From: Perlucidibaca sp.
Lineage (GTDB): Bacteria > Pseudomonadota > Gammaproteobacteria > Pseudomonadales > Moraxellaceae
Assembly (NCBI GenBank): GCA_041612115.1
Contig: JBFJJU010000001.1
Location: 15,537 to 79,536 of the forward strand
DNA: 64,000 bases
Reading direction: 5' to 3'
Part shown: piece by piece, positions 30,643-43,300 of the stretch
Layout of the letters: each line of letters opens with the position of its first letter
How positions within the stretch are numbered: the first letter of the stretch is position 1
Position numbers and translations under genes: made by a program
The notes under the pieces: generated by a model
Database searches by the model: none
The model's input: the letters and a program-made list of their open reading frames with translations, nothing else
Told to the model about the DNA's origin: nothing

Positions 30643-33600
30643 TTATCAATCTTGACTCTAAAGCGCACCGAGCCCTCTTGATTGCTCTGCAGTACGCCAC
30701 TCAAGGTCCACACCAGATCACCAGCCGCTCCTATCGCAGGAAATGCCGACAAGCTACAGCTCGTAATGCTTTGTGGTAATGGCGTATTGCAACCACCAGA
30801 GATGAATTTTGTATAGGCTGGAGTCACATCGCGCACTTCAATATTTTCTAGCGGCTGATCAGTGCTGTTGCGATAAGTAATGGTGTAATTCAACTCTTCG
30901 CCTGGCTTCGCTTGGGCTTTATCAACCTGCTTAATTAACACCAAGCCATTGCCTAGTAGCGACACCGTTGTGATGTCTAGGTTGTCCAGTTGCGTCGCGG
31001 TATTTACGGGCAAGCCGCTGTATTTGAAGGTTGCGCTTACAGTCACGCTATTTCGCATGCCAATGCTTGCATTGCTGCCCACGCTTTGCCGCAGTAATAC
31101 GCAAACTTGCTGACCTGCAGTCACTGGAATAGCCGTATTTAAGGCATAAACCGGCTCTCCGCCATCAAGCACGCCATTACAATTACTATCTCTATGAATA
31201 AGTTGAGACCACCCTGGAAAGGCCGGCGTTGCTGTCGCTAACTGCGAAAATGTCACCGTCCCTGTGGTTTTAGCAGTGAAAATATGCGGATAAAACAGCA
31301 CGCCATCGGGTCGAATACTTTGCTGATTGTCAGATAGCCAACTGGGGCGCTCAACGTCGCCAAAGATAATGTTGCTGTAGTTGGTGCCGGAGGTCGCAGT
31401 AAAGGTCAGCTCGTCCGTGGCTAGCGAATAACTTCCGCCCGTATTGCCCACCGTGCCACTTACCGAGAGCCAAGCAGCCAAATTCGATTCGCGGATTTTT
31501 AGTGCATTCAAATTGCCGCTCAATGGCAGTAAAAGCTCAAAGGCTCCATCAGAGTCAGTAACTGACTGACCACAAATACCGCCGCTACAGCTAGCATGTG
31601 CGGCAACTACTTGCACGCCTGCAAGCCCTAACTCACCACCATTGCGCAGGCCGTCATGCGGGGTGCCGCCAGCGTTACCGTTATCTACAATGACATGGCC
31701 ATTAATACGCGTGCCTTTGAATAGGCCAAAATTTAACTGGCCTTGATTCACACCAGCGACCTGAACTACGCGCAAGCCACCAGATGATTCGGTCGTAGCA
31801 TAATCCGTGGGCAGCGTTACCGTTAAATCTGTATTATTCGCGCTCGTGTCTATCAGAAGGCAATACTCACCGTCGGGGACGCCGACAATGTCATACGTGC
31901 CTGCTGCTGTAGTCTGTACAACGTGCAACGCCGGACTCGTACATGTGCCAGCCTGCCTCACTGCAAGCTTGACATATAGCGCACTGGCCAATGCAGTATC
32001 TGCTGCATCAAGCACGCTATTGGCATTTTTATCATCATAAACCGTGCCTGATAACGTATATCCCTTGACCGTTAATATGGCCGATGCCGCACTGCCGATA
32101 CCCGCATTCGTTGTAGATACCGTAGACGTAGTATTGGTGTACTCACCAATTTCTGCCGCCACCACATCTACCGAGACGGTACATATGCCGTTAGCTGCTA
32201 AATTGCCATTTGAGAAGCTGTAATTTACTGGCGTGCCCGGGCCTTGCGACACTGTCAGCTGGGATCCTGCTGTACAGGTTTTCACTAGGTTTGGCGTTGG
32301 TGCCAAGGTGAGCCCAGACGGGAACGTGTCGGTAAAGGCAATGCCCGTGATGGCAAAGTCGGCGTTGCTATTGAAAAGTGACAGTGTCAGCCGAGACTTT
32401 TCATTTACTGCCACCTCATTGGGAGAAAACTGCTTGCTGAGTACCGGTGGCGCATACACACGCAATGTCCCACTAGCCGACTCCCCCGTACCACCATTGG
32501 TTGAAGTCACCGCATCGGTGGTATTGATATAGCCGCCAGCGGCCGTTACGGCAACGTTGACGCGAACCTCACAGCTTCCACCTGCTGCAATGGTGGCATT
32601 ACTCAAGCGAATGCCTGCGCTTCCTGCAACCAATGTGGCTCCATCGTGATTGTATAAGCGCCCTACTGAGCCCGATGAGCCAGTGGCATTGCTGCTGCCA
32701 CAACCCGAGACTGAGCGCACGATTGGCGATGCCACCGTCATATTGCCCGGAACCGTTGGAAACACATCGCGCAATGTCACGCCTGTAAGTGCAGCATTTG
32801 GATTAGGGTTACTTAAACGCAGCACTAGTTCTGCTTGCTGTGTTGTCGCAATGGAGCCAGTAAATACTTTCTCCACCAATGGCGGCAGCACAACCACATC
32901 AACACTGGCACTGGCTGGAGATGCGCCTGCCACGCTAATACCATCAATAACACCGCCGATGTTATTCACCGCAATTACGTTGCTATAGGTGCCAGGCGTG
33001 GTAGCTGTTACATCGACAGCAAAGGTACACGTGCTAAAGGCTGAAACCACGGCATTATTCAAGCGAATGCCAACGTCGTTTGCACCCAAGCTATTGCCAT
33101 TGCTATCTAATAGCTCACCACCGCAGGCATTATTTTCGTTCGGCACTGCCGCCACTCGCATATTGCCTGGGCTCGTTGGAAATACGTCTGTGACGATGAC
33201 ACCCGTCATGTCTAACGCATTTGGGTTTTCGACAGCCACGGTCAGCCGCGTTGTAGTGCCTGGCGAAATACCGGCCAAATCAAATGCCTTCGTCACAATT
33301 GGCTTAGCCAATATGACTAAGTTCGCCTGTGCCTGCTCACTATTGCTGCCAAAACCATTCGTCGTAACAGCTCCTGGAGCGATCACGTTAGTGTAGACGC
33401 CGTGCAAACCCGTAACACTCGCAGTCAAAGTGCAGCTGCCAGCATTCGGAATAGTGCCATTGGCTATGCGCAGGAAATGCTCTCCACTAGCTTCAACACC
33501 AACCGTTTTGGTGCCCACGCAAGTGCCACCCGGGCTGCTTAATGCTAGGCCAGCCGGAAAAATATCCTTTAAATTAACTCCAGTAATCGCCGATGTCGGG

Positions 33601-36600
33601 CTGCTTAAGGTGATGGTCAACGTGCTGGTCTGATCACTCAAAATAACGCCTGGCGAAAATGCCTTACTAACGGAAGGTTGCGCAACCGATAACGTTGCCT
33701 CTGCCGCCAAGGTATTGCTACCCGCATTGCTTGTGGTCACGCCACCAATGGGAATGGTATTGGTGTAGCTACCAGCTGTTGCTGACCGCACATTGATCGT
33801 AACGGTACAGCTACCGCCCGCCGGCACGGTGCCGTTAGACAGAGACACACTGGTATTTGTTATGGATGTACTGCCGTTGGTGCAGCTAGTACTAGCACTT
33901 CCATTTCGCACCATTCCGTTTGGAAAACTATCGGTAAAGCTCACGCCCGTAATGGCCGTAGGCGCTGAGTTAATCAGCGTGATAGTCATCAAGGAGTTGG
34001 TATTGGCCGCTACTGGATTTGTTCCAAAACGCTTTTCAACTTGAATAGCCGCTACTGTCAAATCTGCCTGAGCTGCGGAGTTACTCTCCGTGCCCGCTGA
34101 GCTCACACCGCCCGCCGGAATGATATTGCGATAGACCGCAGGGCTAGCCGCCTGCACATTGACTGACAAAGTACAGATGCCGTTAGCAGCGATGCTGCCA
34201 CCACTAAAGCTTATGCTAGTTGCATTGCTAGGGGCCACTAAACTGCCGCCACAGGTGCTACTTGTCGATGGCGAGGTAGTTACCTTAAGGCCACTAGGTA
34301 GGCTATCGAGCATCGCTACCTGAGTCAGTGGCGTGTCGTTCGGATTCACGATAGTAATGGTTAGTCTGGAGGCCTGATTAATCAGTACGGTCGCCGGCGA
34401 AAACGCTTTTGAAACTAGCGGCGCCTCACGTACCGTCAGCGTAGCGACTCCGGCCACATTATTAGGGTTGGCCTCTGTCGACTGAACAGCACCAATAGGA
34501 ATGATGTTTTCAAATATGCCACTGGTGCTCGTTTTTACATTCACCGCAATGACACAACTACCATTAGCCGGAATAGCAGCACCACTAATACTTAGCTCAA
34601 TTGCACCTGGATTAGCCACCACGCTACCGCCACAGCTATTCGTCACAGCGGGAGTTGCAGCAATGCTGAGTTCAGGCGGCATAACATCGCTAAACGTGAC
34701 ACCATTTATCGGCAGCGCATTATCGTTCGTTAACGTGATAGATAAGCGTGTCTGTTGGCCCGTAGACACCGTATTAGGATTGAAGAGCTTACTGACTCGC
34801 GGCGGCGCAAACGCAGAGTTCACTGCCGTTACTGCTTTCGACGGCGATGGCCCCGCGCCATCTACATCGTAGTTGGCCGTGTTAATGATCAGTAGGCTAG
34901 GAGCAACCACCGTTGCTTGGAATTGAATGGTGGCGCTAGCTCCTGGTGCTATTACACCAGCGCCAGCACCATTCGACTTAATAGGCTGCGCTGTTGCAAA
35001 CGGAAATGCACCGCCACTCGCATCCGCCACAACAACACCATTCATTCGCGTGCTATTAGCTACATAGGTAGTACCTGCAGCCAATGTGTCTTGCAGCGTG
35101 GTATTGGCACTAGGAGTTGCACCAGTATTTTCCACAATAACGGTATAAGTCAGTACTGAGCCATTTGCTACGGTACCTTGAGGGTCAACCTGCTTGCGCC
35201 CGACAAGCCTAACCGCTGGCGTGACAACAGCTGTTGCTGCTGCCAAACCCAACTCACGCGTACGGCCTGCGCAAGCGATATAGTCATAAGCCCAGGTAGC
35301 TGTATGCTCAAATTGAGCATTGGCAGGTGATGTCGGCAGCGTATCGACTCGCAGGCGATACGTCACCGTTGCAATGGTGTTGGCTGCAACTTGACCGACA
35401 CTAATGCCAGCAGCCAATGTGGCACTAGGCTTCGCAACTCCATTGACCACCGCACTGCCACTTACAAAGCTCATACCTGGTGGTACAGGGCTATTCACAA
35501 CGGCATTGTCTGCAGGGGCACTACCAACGTTATTTAATCTGACCGTATAGGTGATTTCGTCGCCAACAAACGTGGTGGTTTTATCGGCGCTTAATGCACC
35601 AGAAGTGCTAAAACGTGGAGCAGACAAGTCGATTTGCAGCGCTAAACCAGCAATCGTGTATTGATCGCCAGTGGTTGTTCCCTGAGCAAATGCACTGGTT
35701 TGGTTATAGGTTAAGTTATTTGAAGTATCGACACTGGTGATATCCCAACCATGCCGACCACCATTCACTTCGCTAGATGAGCCGTTAGCATTCACACTGT
35801 GGTTTTTCGTGCCAAATGAGCCCGTAGTATCTAAAGCGCCATTGCTATTATTAATTTGGCTACCAAAAAAGTTGGTTAGTGCATTATTGGGGCCGGATAG
35901 TCGATCTCCATTTCCCAGTGCTGAGGTTGGTCCAAATAAAAAGGTGTCACCTGTAATGCCGGCGTCACCTTCCATTGCTGTCACTAGCGCGCGCGCCTTT
36001 AGCAGCCCGCTTGTTGGTGTGCAAAAGCCACTGACTGCCGCAGGGCTAGCACCGCCAGCCTCTGCGCCAACAAAAATACTGAGATTTCTCGTAGGGAAAG
36101 TCGGGTTCTCATAAACAACCGCTAAAGTCCATCCGGCGACATGCGAGTTAGCATTATTACCATAGGCAGCAGGCACGCCGCCAACTGCGTAACGCCCCTG
36201 CCCAGCCAGCTGAATAATCCCTGTCACATTGGCTGAGCGCACAATATAGGCATCGTTGTCGTTACCGAGCGATTCAGAGCTTGGCGAAATGGAGTAATTA
36301 CCCGCAGGTGTCGAAAACGTTACTGAGACATCTTTGCTAGCGCTTACATTCGAGCCACCGACATTAACGTTGCCACCCCAGATTAGCTCGGCATAGAGAA
36401 TATTGCCGCCACCGGGCAGACTTAACGAGGCTTCAGATTTATTGCTTTGCCATAGCGTCGTACTCGTACCATTACGGCCAATGGTGTACGGACCAAAACT
36501 ACTGTATTCATTAGGGCTGTCGCTGTTGATAAAGGCCCCAATGCTGCCGCTGGTACCAGGCGTGTAGCCTGACCCGTTGCGGTCTAAACCTAATGTATTG

Positions 36601-36731
36601 CCGGTAAAAACAATCGCGCCACTGCTAATGGACTGATAGCGCTGCTGATACACCGCAGAGGCAGGACTGGCGATAAATATCGTTGAAACGATTGAGGCAA
36701 TACTCAGCCAGCGCACCCAGAGACTTATCAT
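30639..36731 (-). CDS. Large secreted DUF11/Ig-repeat adhesin (~2030 aa); putative filament tip
   Basis: Sec signal (ASA/V); ~350-aa non-repeat head; seven tandem K.F..D.[FLM]P..N repeats plus two DUF11-like domains; two SdrD-B-like domains; C-terminal truncated DUF11; ATGA overlap with upstream gene. Confidence 0.8.
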   Translation of the reverse strand: MISLWVRWLSIASIVSTIFIASPASAVYQQRYQSISSGAIVFTGNTLGLDRNGSGYTPGTSGSIGAFINSDSPNEYSSFGPYTIGRNGTSTTLWQSNKSEASLSLPGGGNILYAELIWGGNVNVGGSNVSASKDVSVTFSTPAGNYSISPSSESLGNDNDAYIVRSANVTGIIQLAGQGRYAVGGVPAAYGNNANSHVAGWTLAVVYENPTFPTRNLSIFVGAEAGGASPAAVSGFCTPTSGLLKARALVTAMEGDAGITGDTFLFGPTSALGNGDRLSGPNNALTNFFGSQINNSNGALDTTGSFGTKNHSVNANGSSSEVNGGRHGWDITSVDTSNNLTYNQTSAFAQGTTTGDQYTIAGLALQIDLSAPRFSTSGALSADKTTTFVGDEITYTVRLNNVGSAPADNAVVNSPVPPGMSFVSGSAVVNGVAKPSATLAAGISVGQVAANTIATVTYRLRVDTLPTSPANAQFEHTATWAYDYIACAGRTRELGLAAATAVVTPAVRLVGRKQVDPQGTVANGSVLTYTVIVENTGATPSANTTLQDTLAAGTTYVANSTRMNGVVVADASGGAFPFATAQPIKSNGAGAGVIAPGASATIQFQATVVAPSLLIINTANYDVDGAGPSPSKAVTAVNSAFAPPRVSKLFNPNTVSTGQQTRLSITLTNDNALPINGVTFSDVMPPELSIAATPAVTNSCGGSVVANPGAIELSISGAAIPANGSCVIAVNVKTSTSGIFENIIPIGAVQSTEANPNNVAGVATLTVREAPLVSKAFSPATVLINQASRLTITIVNPNDTPLTQVAMLDSLPSGLKVTTSPSTSSTCGGSLVAPSNATSISFSGGSIAANGICTLSVNVQAASPAVYRNIIPAGGVSSAGTESNSAAQADLTVAAIQVEKRFGTNPVAANTNSLMTITLINSAPTAITGVSFTDSFPNGMVRNGSASTSCTNGSTSITNTSVSLSNGTVPAGGSCTVTINVRSATAGSYTNTIPIGGVTTSNAGSNTLAAEATLSVAQPSVSKAFSPGVILSDQTSTLTITLSSPTSAITGVNLKDIFPAGLALSSPGGTCVGTKTVGVEASGEHFLRIANGTIPNAGSCTLTASVTGLHGVYTNVIAPGAVTTNGFGSNSEQAQANLVILAKPIVTKAFDLAGISPGTTTRLTVAVENPNALDMTGVIVTDVFPTSPGNMRVAAVPNENNACGGELLDSNGNSLGANDVGIRLNNAVVSAFSTCTFAVDVTATTPGTYSNVIAVNNIGGVIDGISVAGASPASASVDVVVLPPLVEKVFTGSIATTQQAELVLRLSNPNPNAALTGVTLRDVFPTVPGNMTVASPIVRSVSGCGSSNATGSSGSVGRLYNHDGATLVAGSAGIRLSNATIAAGGSCEVRVNVAVTAAGGYINTTDAVTSTNGGTGESASGTLRVYAPPVLSKQFSPNEVAVNEKSRLTLSLFNSNADFAITGIAFTDTFPSGLTLAPTPNLVKTCTAGSQLTVSQGPGTPVNYSFSNGNLAANGICTVSVDVVAAEIGEYTNTTSTVSTTNAGIGSAASAILTVKGYTLSGTVYDDKNANSVLDAADTALASALYVKLAVRQAGTCTSPALHVVQTTAAGTYDIVGVPDGEYCLLIDTSANNTDLTVTLPTDYATTESSGGLRVVQVAGVNQGQLNFGLFKGTRINGHVIVDNGNAGGTPHDGLRNGGELGLAGVQVVAAHASCSGGICGQSVTDSDGAFELLLPLSGNLNALKIRESNLAAWLSVSGTVGNTGGSYSLATDELTFTATSGTNYSNIIFGDVERPSWLSDNQQSIRPDGVLFYPHIFTAKTTGTVTFSQLATATPAFPGWSQLIHRDSNCNGVLDGGEPVYALNTAIPVTAGQQVCVLLRQSVGSNASIGMRNSVTVSATFKYSGLPVNTATQLDNLDITTVSLLGNGLVLIKQVDKAQAKPGEELNYTITYRNSTDQPLENIEVRDVTPAYTKFISGGCNTPLPQSITSCSLSAFPAIGAAGDLVWTLSGVLQSNQEGSVRFRVKIDN

Positions 36732-37279
36732 TGGCAACGACCTACTGCCTCAGCCTCAGCGATCCACTGCTCTGCCAGGGAAATACGCCCAACAGCAGCA
36801 CGCCAACCTAATAAATAGTGATCATTCTCGGCCGCCAATAACGCCACCTCAGCTTTGGCTACCTGACTGCCCGTGCACTGCAATGTCAGTAACGACTTTA
36901 GCCGCTCTATGCGCCGCCATAGCACTGGCGCTACAGGTGTTGCGTCGGTGTATTTCGGATTATCCATACCGACCACACGCTGCTCTTCAAGCGCCAGCGC
37001 GATTGCTTGCGCAGAGACAATAAATTCGGGCACTAAAGCTGAGGTATTGCGCATATAAAATTCACGGCGCGCGACATCCAGCAGTGCTAATGCCTTCGCC
37101 ATTTGATAGTGGCCAAGCTCAGCTCCGGCATTGCCTAATGCCTCCAAGCGCACATAAGTGTCTGCGATAGACTGCTCATGACTTGCCGGCTTTGTGTCCA
37201 ATGCATTATCTGCGGCCAGCCCGAAGCCACTGATTAAGCTGAGCAATAACGCAGTCGCAATACAAAGCATCTGACGCAT
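36728..37279 (-). CDS. Secreted alpha-helical hypothetical protein
   Basis: Signal peptide MRQMLCIATALLLSLISGFGLA after GGAGG RBS; tightly coupled to neighbours. Confidence 0.7.
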   Translation of the reverse strand: MRQMLCIATALLLSLISGFGLAADNALDTKPASHEQSIADTYVRLEALGNAGAELGHYQMAKALALLDVARREFYMRNTSALVPEFIVSAQAIALALEEQRVVGMDNPKYTDATPVAPVLWRRIERLKSLLTLQCTGSQVAKAEVALLAAENDHYLLGWRAAVGRISLAEQWIAEAEAVGRCQ

Positions 37280-37302
37280 AATGCCTCCAAGGTAAGCCAT
37301 CA

Positions 37303-40300
37303 TTAGAATTTAACTCTCAAGCGCAAATACACACCTTGCCCAGTATTATCTTCATCGGTTAGATACTCTTCCTCAAACCCGAAAAAGTTATAGCCCGCCG
37401 ACAGCCAAAAATTGGCCTTAATGAGGTAGCCCGCCTCAAAGCCCAATGAATAGAGCTTGCCACCCTCTTGCACAACGAGCATGGCAGAATTTATACCTAG
37501 ATCTATGCGCTTGGTGAGGTCGTACATCAGGCGTTGAGAGAGCAAATACGTAAGTGTTTTATCTCGTTCAAGCCCTACTCGCTGCTGATTGCGCTTAACT
37601 GCAAGACGCAATGACTGCACTACGGCTCGAATTGGCTGATAGTTGCTGTGCACACTAAATATGTCGATGTCCGACATTTCTGGTTCGGCAATCGCCGCAC
37701 GCTCACGCTCAAAAATGCGCTCATAGCGCGCTAGCACTGAGAGATCATTTTTATCGACTGGGCGATAGGCAATACCCACCTGAAAGCGGGCCAAATCTTG
37801 ATAGCCACTGTCAGACTTATTACTTGTATTAGAGATGATCGTGCGCGTGAGGAAAGTCCAGTTGTCGTTAATTTTTGAAGCCATCGAGAGCAGCTTCAAC
37901 CAACTCACACTCGTATCGCTATCACGCCACTCTAGGCGACCGCTGACTCGTGTATTTTCATTTCTAAGCAAATCTGCACCCAAGGTTACTGCTGTGCTTT
38001 CGCCAGTAGATGGCCCACTAATTGCTTTTACACGCTCAACACTGGCACTAACATTCACACCCTTCATTACTAACCAGTTATGACGAACACCTAGGGCGGC
38101 CTCAGCTTCTCGCTGAGATAGCGCATCGCGCACACGATATTCGCTAAATACATGACCATTTTTCATATAGTCAGTTTCAATACCAAACACGGTGGCATTG
38201 CGCTCTTGTGTGTCGTTTAAAGAGTATGGCCCTTGGATGCTCGACATTAATTCGTGGCGTAAATACAACTTGCCACGAGAAGAGAATCCATACTCCCCAC
38301 CGACCGCAATCACGCGCTGACCACTATCGGTAACATCTTGCTCATATTCTAAAAAGGTAGTGGCTCGTGAAAGCTGAGCAATCGCGTGGTTAAGCCGCAC
38401 GCGTGCTGTTGTATAACGCTCACTCTCAGAGGTGACATTTACGCCACTCTGATTCACGTTGCGTATGCCTACCTCAACATCTGTATGACTGCTAATTTGG
38501 CGATTAATCGATACAGACTCGCCCAAGCGCTCAGATGCAGACAGAACATCTTTAGATTGCAAAATCTCTGCCTTCAGCTGCGTCTTATCATCTATGCGAT
38601 AAGACACTTTGGCGCTGCCTTCTTCTCGCCCACCGGCAAAGCCTGAAAGCACATTATCAAAAGCTGAACTTGAACTAACAAATTTAATTTTTGCCGCTAC
38701 ATTGCCTTTTTCATGACTAAACTCGATGCGGTAAGCCTGCCCACTAAGTGCTACCGGCGAAGCACCTGTAGACACTGAGCTTGTTGAGGCAATTTCAAGC
38801 TGAAGCTGATCATGATCTGTCGGCTTAAAAATCATATACGCCGCATTCAGCTGAAAAGGCTGTAGCGGGTCTTCATCGCGCGCAAACATCGATCCAATAC
38901 GCATTTTTTCAGTGACATCTACGGAGACATCACCGCCATACACCCAAAATGCTTTACCACCAGTCTCAACTTCGTAACTAATGCGAATGGAGCGAGGATT
39001 TAAGTTGCTGTCTAAGCTAGCAATTGGAGCCTTGAACAGTAGACGCCCTGTGAAATACTCAACCTCATAGTCACTAAAGCGCTGCAATGTTTGGGTTTGC
39101 AGAATAATAGATGGCTGCTGCCTATCACGCGTTAATACTTCAATACGCTCGCTATTGATCAGCAAGCTTCTTGAGTTCAACAAGAATGGGCCTGAAGTCC
39201 CATTGGCTGCAAACTCTTCTACTTTTTGCCGCGCAGTATCCTGCGAAGCAAATAATGTCGCGCGCACAGGGCCTTCGTCGTAACGCGTTTTAACGCCCGT
39301 CAAGCCACGCGAGTAGCGCCCAAGCTCAAGCCCTTCGGTCTGATCACTAGTGCTGTAGTCGCCGTAGAGAAAATACGATTTCTTTTTATCGATTCGCACA
39401 TAAAGGCGGCTGGTTGACTGCGCATCAAAACCACGGATCGATGAGTCGCCATACACTGGATAAAATTCGTCGGGACGAATATCACGGAATAATCGGTCTT
39501 TCATCGATTTGTCCGTGTCATACGATAGCGTTAAGAGGTATTCACCTTTTACGCGGCCTTTTAAAAATACAGCGGCGCGCATACCTGCTTGAACTTGCCC
39601 ATGCTCATACGACAGCATGTTCAGTTCTTTTTCAAACGACTCTTTCTGCCGCAGTGGCAATAAGCCATTTTTGCCAAAGTCACTGAAACGGATCATGCCA
39701 TCAATAAGTCCAACCGCCAGCATCGGACGTAGCTCTGGTAAAAACGCAAACTCTTCTTTTGCCTCGATGATGCCCGAGCTTGCATGCACACTTACCGGCC
39801 CTGCCACCTGTGGACTCTCAATGGCGAAACTAATTTCACCACCCTCCATAAAGGTCTGGTTGCCCGGCTCGTCTGGATTTAAGTCTTCCACCAATAGCTT
39901 GCCAGCCGATGCCTCTATAGTAATTGGCGTACGCACAGTAACTGGAGTGCCGTTTTCGTCTGCTAGCTTCAAGGTAGCTCGCGCCAAGGAATGGCCATCC
40001 GCAGGGACATTATCAACTGTTTTAATCAGCGCCATGCGCGCTAAATTGGCCGGCACCATGACACGAATTGGCAGGCGTTCTCTGACATTGCCAAATGGAT
40101 CTGTGATGCGTAACTCAAGGTCATTTTGACCTGACTTAAAGCGCACACCAACGTATTCATATGCTTGAAAACCGCGATCTTTATCTTCTAATTGTTTACC
40201 AATAAACCGGTCACTTAGCGGGACACCATTTAAGTAAACTTTAATCACGCCCTTTACGGGGCCCTTAGCATAAAAATCAAAGACATCGATTGGTAATACA

Positions 40301-43300
40301 TCGCCATCTTTAATGCCAATCAGGGTCGCAGTGGCATCAGCTTCATCAAAAATATGCTGCAAATACTCTGACGCCTGCTTGGGATCCGAGCCGCCAAAGA
40401 ACGTACTTTTGTACATCAAAGTTTGGCTATCAGGCGTTTTATCACGCGTACGTTGCTGCCAAAAGGTTTTAACCTCAGCACTCGAACTGCCTAAAACACC
40501 TTCAGCCGGTAATTGCTTTAAGTTTTCTGAGTTACTAATTGTTTGCGTGGTTTCTAAGCGATTTTTGACTAGATCGTCTGTTTCGGCTTTATAAACGCCA
40601 CGAGCGCTACGTCGCTCAGTGACCGCGGCCAGCACGGTGTCACTACAGTTGCCAATAGCAAAATCGGCACGATTCAAATCACCACCTTCAATATCGATAA
40701 ATCGACTATCGCCTACACCCGCATGACGATTAGAAATCGGCACTAATACGGCATCTGTAGGCAGTGTGATGGGATCAACCTTCATCACATAAGTGCGCGA
40801 CTTCAGACCATAAAGAGAGAACTTACCTTCGCTATCAGTGATAACAAAGGAGCCATCTTGCAGGTACAAGCGCACCGCTGGCACGCCAACCTCTTTCGGG
40901 CTCTGCGTGCCATTGCCATCACAGTCTAAGAACACCTTGCCGACCACAAAGCCATCATCGCCAAAGAGATTGCTTTGCACAGTGACTTTATAAGTAGCGG
41001 TATTTGAGCGAAAACCTGTTGCGGTTGCAAAGGCACGATTTATGCCGTCACTACCCAACGCGGCTGAGCCCACACGCATGCGGTAGGTCAGCTTGCCAAT
41101 GGTGGCTGCAGCCAAGGACGGCATATTTTTGAAGCGTAACGACTTACCAATCACCTGCGGGTCTGGGAGTGGCTGATCTAGCCAACGGGCACTGCCTGCG
41201 ACATACACTAAGCCATCTGCAGGTGTATCGATTACTTCCAAATTCGCTAGAGCATTCGCACTGGCATTGTTTAAAGAAATCTCATAACGCACAACATCAC
41301 CAAGATCGACGCGCGTTTTATTGCCGGTCTTCTGTAGCAATAGCTGATCGCCAGCAATAACAGCAGGATCTAATGGCAGGTGATTATTAACAATCTCTGG
41401 CGACGAAGCGGGATTTATTTGAAAGCGAACAAAATAACGAGTGTCCTGCCCCGCCTGTGGAGCCAGCGCAACATTATCCAAGTTCACCGAATACTGCGTG
41501 CCTTTTGGCGCCAACTTATCTGGGTTTAGGCAGAAGTCTCGTGCACAACTACCGACCGTATTGCTAGGTGGTAGAAGTAACGAAAAGAATGGCTTAAAAC
41601 TTTCGCCAAGCTCACCCGGCTTAATGGCCGGTGGCTCGACAGCAAGCTCATAGACGCCAACTGGCGCATTGGCCAACAAGAAGAACTGATAAAATCCAAA
41701 TGCACCAGTAGTTTGACTTTGTGCAGGTGCTCCGCCAACCAAATGAGACGCTGCATTAAATCCCGCAGGTCCTTTAATAGTGACCACGGCATTGGCAATT
41801 GGCTGCCGTGTAATCGTGTTGTAGACCACGCCCGATGGGTCATATGGCAAGCTCTGCTCAATCACGTTAACGCCGGGCTTTAGCGTGATTGAATCGATAA
41901 TGCCATTTTTAATGTCTGCATCAGAGTCTGGGTTGGTTTTCCCACTCTCACCATTAACAGGCGAACCGCGCACCGGAAAGCCCGGCGATGGCTCGCGAAA
42001 CTGAATCTTATACGGTGTATTTGGCTTCAAACCGCCAATGGTGTACTGGCCATTGGCATCCGTATATGCCGAGCGCAGCACAAAGCCATTGCTATTGAGC
42101 ACTTCAATGAGCCAGCCTGATTGCCCCGGCTCAGTGGCACCACGACGTCGATCATGATCAATATCTAGCCAGACAGAGCCAGAAACTGAAGACTCGCCAC
42201 CAATACTGACAGTATATGACGCGTCATTATTACCGAGTTTATCTGGTGTCTCACCGCCACCTTGGACTGTCGCCGTATTGGTTATATCGGTGTCTGTAAC
42301 CAAAGGCCTCACGGCAATGATTAGTGGCACAGCATGGTCTTGGCCCGGCTCTACCGTTACTGGACTGCTGCACGAGACATTTCTGAATTGCGCATCCTCA
42401 GACGCTAAAACGCATGTCCAGCCGCCGCCACCGCTGCCTGCAGGCAACCACTGCAATGTTTTCGGCAGCTTATCTACAACGGTAATGACGCCTTGCGTAG
42501 AAACTCGACCACTATTTCTTACTGTTAAACGGTATTGAGCATCTGTATTGACAAAAAAGCTGCCTACGCCCTGTTTTATCAGCACTAGGTCTGGCGAGGC
42601 CACTTGGCCAGAGCCATTTTGCACATCGTAATAAACCGTGTTTTCGCCTTGTGTACGAATATCGCGGCGGCCATTGTTGTATTGAAGCTCAAGGCCATTT
42701 TGCGTGCTGCTAGTGCCTTGCACTGCCGCATCTGTCGCCTGAATTTGAAAGCGCAACATGCCTTGCGAACCAGCGGGCACGCTATCCAACGTAAACGTCA
42801 CTTCGGCCTTTGTCAGTGATTGCGCAGGCGACTGCTTTAAGGCATTAAACTGAATGCCCTGACCCACCGTGAAGCCTGGCTCATTGCCGTTATCTTCATC
42901 GCTTAATGTTGCACCGCCTCGCGTTAGCCAGCGCGCTGAACCTGCGACATAACTAAAGCCCGAGCCGTCGAACTGCGGTCGCACATAACCAATAAAGTCT
43001 TTAATGGTGACGTTGCTAGCAACGGCGCTACCCACATTGCTGTAAGTTAGCGTGACATCAATGAGTGCCGATGGCGCCGGCCCGCTAACGCGCGAAAAGG
43101 CTTTGCGAACTTTGATGACGGCATCTGCCCGGCCATTGAGCACAGCAAAATCTTCTACAACTTGCCGCTCTGCCGGCGTACTGGTCGCACTCGCAACCGC
43201 CGACAGCGATATAGTGTATTGCGCATCTGCCTTGGCAGAGTCCGGAATATCTAGGGCAGCAACCAATCGATAGCTTTTTCCAGCCGCAAGACTCAGCGAT

